Assembly: GCA_037445715.1 (NCBI GenBank)
Contig: JBBIJZ010000002.1
Span: 30,269 to 94,268 of the forward strand
Direction of reading: 5' to 3'
Length of the DNA: 64,000 nt
Source of the DNA: Verrucomicrobiales bacterium
GTDB taxonomy: Bacteria > Verrucomicrobiota > Verrucomicrobiia > Limisphaerales > J093
How positions within the stretch are numbered: position 1 is the stretch's first letter; the number at the start of each line of letters is the position of its first letter. This document shows positions 45,431 to 52,600 of this stretch, piece by piece. The notes under the pieces were generated by a model. That model made no database searches and was not told the DNA's origin. It worked only from the letters and a program-made list of their open reading frames with translations. Position numbers and translations under genes: made by a program.

Positions 45431-46156
45431 ATGACAACACCCTGCCCGATTTGCCCCCGGCGTCCCGCTGTTGCCCCGCGCGCGCTCCGGCGTCTTTGCT
45501 CCCGGGCTGCCCGCGGGCTGCTGGCCCTGGCCTTCGCTGCCGGGCTGTGGGCCCAGACGCCCCGCCCCGAGCCGCCCTCCGCCACGCCCGCGGCCGAAAC
45601 CCAGGACAAGGAAAAGCGCGAGCCGGACGTGGTGTTCGTGCCCACGCCCCACCCGGTGGTGGAGAAAATGCTCGAACTGGCCGAGATCAAACCGGGCGAC
45701 GTCGTGTACGACCTGGGCTGCGGCGACGGGCGCATCGTGGTGACGGCGGCCAAAAAGTACGGCGTGAAGGCCTACGGGTTCGACATTGACCCGAAGCGGG
45801 TCGAGGAATCGCTGGCCAACGTCAAATCCAACAAGGTCGAACACCTGGTCACCATCAAGCAGGCCGACATCTTCAAACTCGACCTGCGCGAGGCCACGGT
45901 GGTGACGCTTTACCTCCTGCCCGAACTGAACGTGCGCCTGATGCCCCAGCTCGAAAAACTCAGGCCCGGCTCGCGCATCCTCTCTCATGACTTCGACATG
46001 CGCGGCGCCAAACCCGTGCTCGTGCACCGCATGAAGGTGCCGGCGCGCGGCTCGACGGCCGAGGACCTCGGCTACGGCAGCGACCGTGAGCACACCATCT
46101 ACAAATGGGTCGTGCCCTGGGAAAAGGACCCCAACCCGCCGCCGCGCGGTTTCTGA
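45431..46156 (+). CDS. class I SAM-dependent methyltransferase with N-terminal signal-like segment
   Basis: Motif I VVYDLGCGDGRI, then YGFDID. N-terminal RRLCSRAARGLLALAFAAGLWAQ. Confidence 0.75.
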   Translation: MTTPCPICPRRPAVAPRALRRLCSRAARGLLALAFAAGLWAQTPRPEPPSATPAAETQDKEKREPDVVFVPTPHPVVEKMLELAEIKPGDVVYDLGCGDGRIVVTAAKKYGVKAYGFDIDPKRVEESLANVKSNKVEHLVTIKQADIFKLDLREATVVTLYLLPELNVRLMPQLEKLRPGSRILSHDFDMRGAKPVLVHRMKVPARGSTAEDLGYGSDREHTIYKWVVPWEKDPNPPPRGF

Positions 46157-46303
46157 ACCACCGTTCTACCGTTGGCCGGGGTGCCGCGGGGTGACGTCAC
46201 TTGCCGCGGCCAGCGGGCAAGTTGCCGCCGCAACCAGGCCGGCGGCTTAACGCGGCTGCCAGCCGCCGCACTCCAGACGCGGGCGGGAGGGACGGCGGTT
46301 TGC

Positions 46304-46469
46304 GAAGTCCGCAAAGCAGCGCCTGGAGTGCGCCCGCTTGCTGGCGCTGTAGAAGTGACGCCAAGGAGCCCGGCGACCGGCGGAGCGCATCTCGCTTTCC
46401 TGCCGTGGCCGGGTTGGCCGGAGCGACGTACCTCCCGGTGTGCCGTGGCGCGGGTTTCCAACCCGCCGG
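46304..46469. repeat. interspersed module Q (166 bp)
   Basis: Same orientation and extent as 41245-41409. Ends in gcgggtt-tcc-aacccgc. Confidence 0.85.
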
Positions 46470-46540
46470 GCCTCCGCGTTCCCCCGCGGAGCCGATTGGG
46501 AAATCGGCACCACAACCGGTTGGCAACCCGCTGCTGCACC

Positions 46541-46588
46541 CCCGGGCGGGTAGCCCGGCGGAACGGGCAGGTTGCCCGCTCCACCCGG
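46541..46588. repeat. interspersed module R
   Basis: Matches 35931-35978 (see that entry). Confidence 0.75.
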
Positions 46589-46670
46589 ACCGGCAAAGCC
46601 GCCGCACGCGGCCGCACTCCAGACGCCGGCGCGGGACGCCGACACCCGGCGAAGTGCGCCACACCTCGAA

Positions 46671-49600
46671 CTACGGCACGGTCACCACGCGGTAGAAGCG
46701 ATTGCCCGCCTCGATCGGCAAGGTCACCAGGATCGTCCCCGTGGTGTTCGGATGGGTCGAACGGCGCGTCCAGGCCGCCAGGTCCGCGCTTTCCTCGACC
46801 GCATAGGTGAGGCCGATCCGGCCGGTGATCCAGAGCTGGAGTCCGGCGGGCACGCGCACCAGGCGGAGCTGGGCGGCCTCACTGCCCGGCGGCGGGGCCG
46901 TCACGGGCAGGTAGAGGTTGTCCAGGAACATCGCGTCCAGGCCGCTGGAGAAGTTGCTGTCCTTGACGTAACGCCAGGTCAGCGTGTGGGTGCCCGGGGC
47001 GAGGTTGAACAGGTAGGTTTGCCACGGCACCTCCCCGGTCCAACGCTCGATCCGGAGGCCGTCCACGTAGAATTCGGCGAAGTCCCAGTTGGCCTCGCTG
47101 CTGACGCGGAGGTCGAAGGCCGCCGCGCCGCCGCGGGATTCCACCGTGAGGCTCAGCACACTTTCCTGGCTGTCCCCGATGGCGCCCGAGCGGAGGGCGT
47201 AACGGCCGCCGGCCGCGGTGGCGGACTGCACCTGCCAGGGTTGTACCGAACCGCTCTGCCAGGGCGGCTGCCGCAGGCTGGTGGCGTTGAAGGGCGGCTC
47301 GAAGGTGTAGGTGTAGGCCAGGGGCCGGAACTGCGCGGTGAGGACGTAATTGCGGTCCATGACCAGGAACAACGGATTGGCACCCGAGGTCACCGTGCCC
47401 TGCCAGCCGGCGAAGAAGAAGCCCGGCTCCGGCAGCGCGGTCACCGCCTGGGTCGAGCCGGCCGGATACAGGCCCGCCGGTGGCGTCACCGTGCCGCCCA
47501 CCGGCGGGGTGATGTTGAGCGCGTAGTTCGCGACGCGGTCGTCGTCGAGGATGGTGAGCGTGGCCGTGCTGACGCGGCCCAGCACGGCGCCGCCCTGCGG
47601 GTTGGCCAGCAGCAGCCGCAGGGCGCGGTCCGGCTGCGCGTCGCGGTTGTCGAGCACGGGCACCGGGAAGCTTTGCTCGGTCACGCCCTCGGCAAAGGTG
47701 AGGGTGCCGGCGGCGGCCTGGTAATCCCGCCCGGCCACGGCCGTGGCGTCGGCGGTGGTGTAATCCACCAGCACCACGGTGTTGGTCGGCCCGGTCCGGC
47801 GCACGGTGATGCTGGCCGCGCCGTCGGACTCGCGCACCGACCAGTCGCTTTGGGCGAAGGCCACGGCGCTTTCGTTGTCCACGATGGTCAGAACGGCGTT
47901 GAGCCGGGCGGTCAGGGAGTAACCCGGCGGGAGGTCCGTCAGGTGCAGGTTCACCGTGAGGTCACCCTCGCCCAGGTCGTCATCGCGGATGCGCACCGGG
48001 AAGGTCTTGACCGTCTCGCCCGGCTCGAAGGTGAGGGTGCCCCGGGCCGCGTCGTAATCCTGTCCGGCAATGGCGGTGCCGTCGCTGGTGTGGTAACTGA
48101 CCTGTGCCGGCAGGGAGAGGTCACCGGCGCGGACCACGGTGATGGTGGCCACGCGGCCGTCTTCGGGCACGGTGTAGGTGGCGGCGCTGTATTGGAGCGT
48201 GCTGAGGCGGAACCGCTCATCGCCGTGGAGGCGGGCAATGCGGTTGCGCGGCAGGCCGTCCACCTCGGTGAAATCCCCGCCGATGAGCACGGCCGAGTTG
48301 GGCTGCACCACCAGCGCATACACGGTGTCGTTGGCGCCGGTGCCCACGTCGAAGACCGTGTCGAGCGTGCCGTCCGGGTTGAGCCGCGCCACGCGGCCGC
48401 GGTCTTGCCCGTCGTATTGAGTAAAGGCGCCGCCGATCAGAACCTTGCCATCCGCCGCCAGACCCACGGCGTGAACGGTGCCGTTGGCGCCGGAAAGCGG
48501 GACGAAGGTGTCATCGAGCCCGCCGTCGGCCAGGAGGCGGGCGATGCCGCCGCGCGGCTGGCTGGCGACGCGGCCAAATTCGCCGGCGATGAGGATGCGG
48601 CCATCCGGCTGGAGGGCCAGGGCACGGACCGGTTTGTCGGGACCGCCGCCGGTGTTGAAGGTGCCGTCCGGGCGGCCGTCCGCCTCGAGGCGGGCCAGGT
48701 AGGGCCGGGACTGGTTGGCGGCGGTGGTGAAGGCGCCGGCGACCAGGATGCGGCCGTCGGGCTGGACGGCCAGGGCGTACACGTTGCCGTTGAACTGCGG
48801 CGTGAAGCTGGTGTCCAGCGTGCCGTCGGCCCGGAGGCGGGCCAGGCGGGCGCGCGGCGTGTCGTTGAGGGTGTTGAATTCCCCGCCCACGAGCAAGGTG
48901 CCGGAAGGCTCGACCGCCACAGCGCGCACCGGGCCATCCGCGCCGTTGCCGATGTTGAAATCCTGGTCCGCCGCGCCGTCGGCGTTGAGGCGGATGAGCC
49001 GGTTGCGGCTCAGGGTGTTGAACAGCGTGAAGTCGCCGCCGACGCCGATGCGGCCGTCGGCCTGCACGGCCAGCCCGCGGACGGTGTTGTTGAAGCCCTC
49101 GCCGGGGTTGAAGAAGGTGTCGAGGTACCCGTCATCGTGCACCCGGGCAAGGCGGGCGAGGGTGACCTGGTCCAGCTCGGTGAACCGGCCGCCGAGGAGG
49201 ATGCGCCCGTCCGGTTGCAGGGCCAGGGTCAGCACCGTGTCGTTCGCGCCCTGGCCGGGGTTGAACTCGAAGTCCACGCTGCCGGGGGTTTCGTTGTCCA
49301 CGATGGTCACGGTGGCGTTGGTGTTGGCTCCCAGAATGACGGTGCCCGGCAGGCCGCCGCCGGCGGTCAAGCGCGCGTTGGTGAGGCTGAGGTAAAAGAC
49401 CTCGTTGCCCTCGCCCTGCACGTCGTCGAGGATGCGCAGGGTGAAGGTCCGGTTGGTGTCACCGGGCTGGAGGACCACCACGCCGGTGCCGTCCTGGGCC
49501 CGGAGGAGGTCCGCGCCGAGGAAATTCACCGTGCCGCGGGCACCCACATAATCCTGGGTGGCGCGCGCGGTGCCGTCGGCGGTCTCGAAGTCCACGCTCA

Positions 49601-52600
49601 CCGCGTGGAGGGTGCTGCCTGTGCGGTGCACGCTGACCTGGAGGGTCTTGGCATACTCGCGCACGGTGTACTCGGTCGCGACAAACTCCACGGCGCACTC
49701 GTCGTCGAGCACGGTGAGGGTGCCGTTGGTGACGGCACCGTAGGTGGCGCTGGCCGCGAGGTTGGTCAGGGCGACGGTGATGGTCTTGTCGCCGTCGAAC
49801 TCGACATCGTCCAGCAGGGCCACCTGGGCCACCACGGCGGTCTGGCCGGGTTGGAAGACCAGGGTGTAGTTGGTGGCGATGAAGTCCAGGCCGTCCACGG
49901 CGGTGCCGTTGGTGGTGGCGGCCAGCTCGACCTGGAGGAGGTTGGTGATGACGCCGTACCGGGTGACGGTGAAGGCGGCCGAGGGATCGTTTTCGAGGGC
50001 CTGCACGGCCGGGGTGAGCAGTTCGACCACGGTGTCGTCGTCGAGGAGGGTCAGCACGGCCTCGGTCTGGCCGCCCAGGGGCACGCCGTCGCTGAGGTTG
50101 CGCAGGGTGAGGTTGACGGTTTTTTCGGGCTCGACCGCCCGGTCGTCGAGCAGGTCCACAAAGAAGGACTTGAGCTCCTCGCCGGGGGCGAAGGTGACGA
50201 TGCCGTTGGTGGGCACGAAGTCGGCGGCGGTGGCCGTACCGGCCGTGGCCTGCCAGGCCACGGAGGCCGTGCCGTTGGTGTCGCTGGTACGGCGCAGCAC
50301 GATTTCGGCGCGCCCGGCGCTTTCGTAGGCCGCGTAGCGCGGGCTGCGGAACTCGACCGTGCCGTCGTTGTCAATGAGGTTCACCGTAACCGGACCGGCG
50401 TTGGTCAGGGTGGCGCCCGGCGCGTCCACGATGGAGATGCGCACCTCCTCCATGAACTCCTGGATGGGGTCGTCCACGGGGATGATCGGCAGGGGCAGTT
50501 CGGCCTCGCCGGACGGGATCACCACCTCGGGCGGGATGATCTCGTAGTCGCTGCCGTTGCCGGCGCTGCCGGTCACGGCCAGTTTCACCACCTGATCGCG
50601 GTCGGTGGAACCGGTACGGCGGAGGATGACCAGGCCGCGTTTGCGGTCGGCTTCCATCGCCACGGCGTCGGCCAGTTCGAGGCTGATCACGCTCGAGTCG
50701 TCATCCAGCAGGGTCAGGGTGTGGGAGCGGTAGGCCTCGAGCACGGCGTTGAGCGGCACCGGGGTGATGATGGTGTTGGTGACCAGCACGTTGGTGGTGC
50801 CGATGGGCTCGCCGAGGTCGTTGGTCAGGGTCACCTCGTTGGTGACCACCTCGTTGCTGACCAGCGGCGCCGGCTCGACCAGGGTGAAGACGATGGTCTT
50901 GTCGGGCTCGGCGTTGGTGTCGTCGAGGATGGGGAAGGCGATGAGCTGGACGCGGTTGCTGATGGCCGGATCGGGCACGTTGGTGAAGAGCAGACGCCCG
51001 GAGACGTTGGTGGCGGGGTAGTCCAGGTCGGGCACGGCGGTGCCCCCGGTGATGCGCCAGTCCACGGTCACGTCGTCGCTGGGATTGGCGCTCACCGAGA
51101 CGGCCACCAGGCCGGTGCGGGCCCCTTCCACGACGGTCGAGCCCAGGAAGGTAAAGCCGACCCCGGGCACGCCGCTGTCGTCGTCGTCAATGGTCACGGT
51201 GGCCTGCAACGAGGCGCCGACGTTGTAGTTGGTGCCGGGCAGGATTTCGCAGATGACCGTTTCGGTGTCCTCGCGAATGGTGTCGTTGACCGGGGTGACG
51301 CGCAGGACCACGGAGGCGGCGTTGGCCGGGATGCGGCCGGCCGCGGTGATGGGGGCGTAGTCGGCCACGGGGCGGGCGGTGCCGCCGACCTTGAGGTTGA
51401 CCACCAGTTCGTTGCGGAGGTCGCCCTGGCGGGTGATCAGGAACTCGCCCGGGGTGTTCGGCTCGGCGGCGTTGGTCACCGTCGCGCGGATGGTCACGGT
51501 GGGCTGGGCGCCGTCCTGGAGGAAGACCGTGGCCACGCCGGGCGTGCCCACGTTGTAGAGCGGGCTGTCGGACAGGATGATCTCGAGGGTGTTGCCGCCG
51601 TCGTTGAGCCCGTTGTTGCGGGGTTGGATGTCCAGATTGACCGTGGGCTGGCCGGCGGGGATGACGATGGTGCCCGGCAACGCGCGGTAGTCCCGGCCGC
51701 TGACGGCGGAGCCGCCGGCCAGGTAGTTGACGCGCAGGTCGCGGGTGAGGTCGCCGAGGCGCGTGAAGACCACCGTGGCGGTGTCGGCGCCGGTTTCCGA
51801 AGCCACGGGGTCGGTGGCGGTGACGAGGACCGTGGGCAGGTCGTTGTCGCCGATGGTCAACTCGGCCCGCGGGTTGCCGATGCGATAATCCGTGGAGGGC
51901 TGGACGGTGAGGGAAACCGTTTCGTTGCCCTCGAGGTACAGGTCGGGAATGGCGTAAAGCAATAGCGGGACCACGGTCACGCCGGCCGGCAGGCGGATCA
52001 GGTCCGGCAGGGGGCGATAGTCCTCGCCGTAGGTGGCCGTGCCGCCAAAGGCGAGGCGGACGTTGACCTCCACGTTGGTCAGCCCGGCGCGGGTGAGCAG
52101 GAACAGGCCGGAGTCGCCGCTGTTTTCGCTCAGGGCCTTGCCCACGGCCACGATCGAGATCACCGGGTTGGTGGCGGGCGCGGCCCGGAACTGCATCGTG
52201 GTCTCGCCGGGAGCGCCCACGATGTAATCGCCGTAGGTCTGGAACCAGGTGTCCTCGCCGTTGAAGGTGATGACTTCCCAGCCGGTGAGCAGGGTGTAGT
52301 TGGTGGCCATGCCGTTGGTCTGGCCGCCCTGACCGTCATCAATGTTGGTCTGGTACACCGCTTCCTTTTGCAGCGCGTACATGACCGCGGCGGAGAGATA
52401 TTTGTCGTCCACCGCGTTGGTATTGGTGGCGGTCTGGATGACCACGTTGGTCACAAACACGCCGGTCTGGAAGTCCACCACGTAGAAGGGCACCCTGAGG
52501 TTCACCGGCGCCAGGAGAGTCTGCAGGGGGTTGGTGTGCGTGGTGGTGTTGGTCAGGCGCGTGAAGTCCGTGCCCTCCCGGGCCGTGCCCCCGAGGGTGA

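Noticed and set aside
43201-46156. DinG-type helicase next to a methyltransferase as a possible defence or restriction module.
   Set aside because: The helicase has the housekeeping DinG/XPD layout (Fe-S cluster, no nuclease or extra domains). The methyltransferase has small-molecule or protein MTase-like motifs and a signal-like N-terminus rather than DNA-MTase motifs. The neighbours are ordinary metabolic genes.
46191-46200. Perfect palindrome GTGACGTCAC in the spacer after the methyltransferase gene.
   Set aside because: A 10-bp palindrome of this kind is expected by chance in 64 kb of GC-rich DNA. There is no second copy or phased partner.
35520-46670. The possibility that the recurring intergenic sequences are CRISPR arrays.
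   Set aside because: There is no series of identical direct repeats with regular unique spacers. The repeated modules occur once or twice per locus, in variable order and orientation. No cas genes are present.
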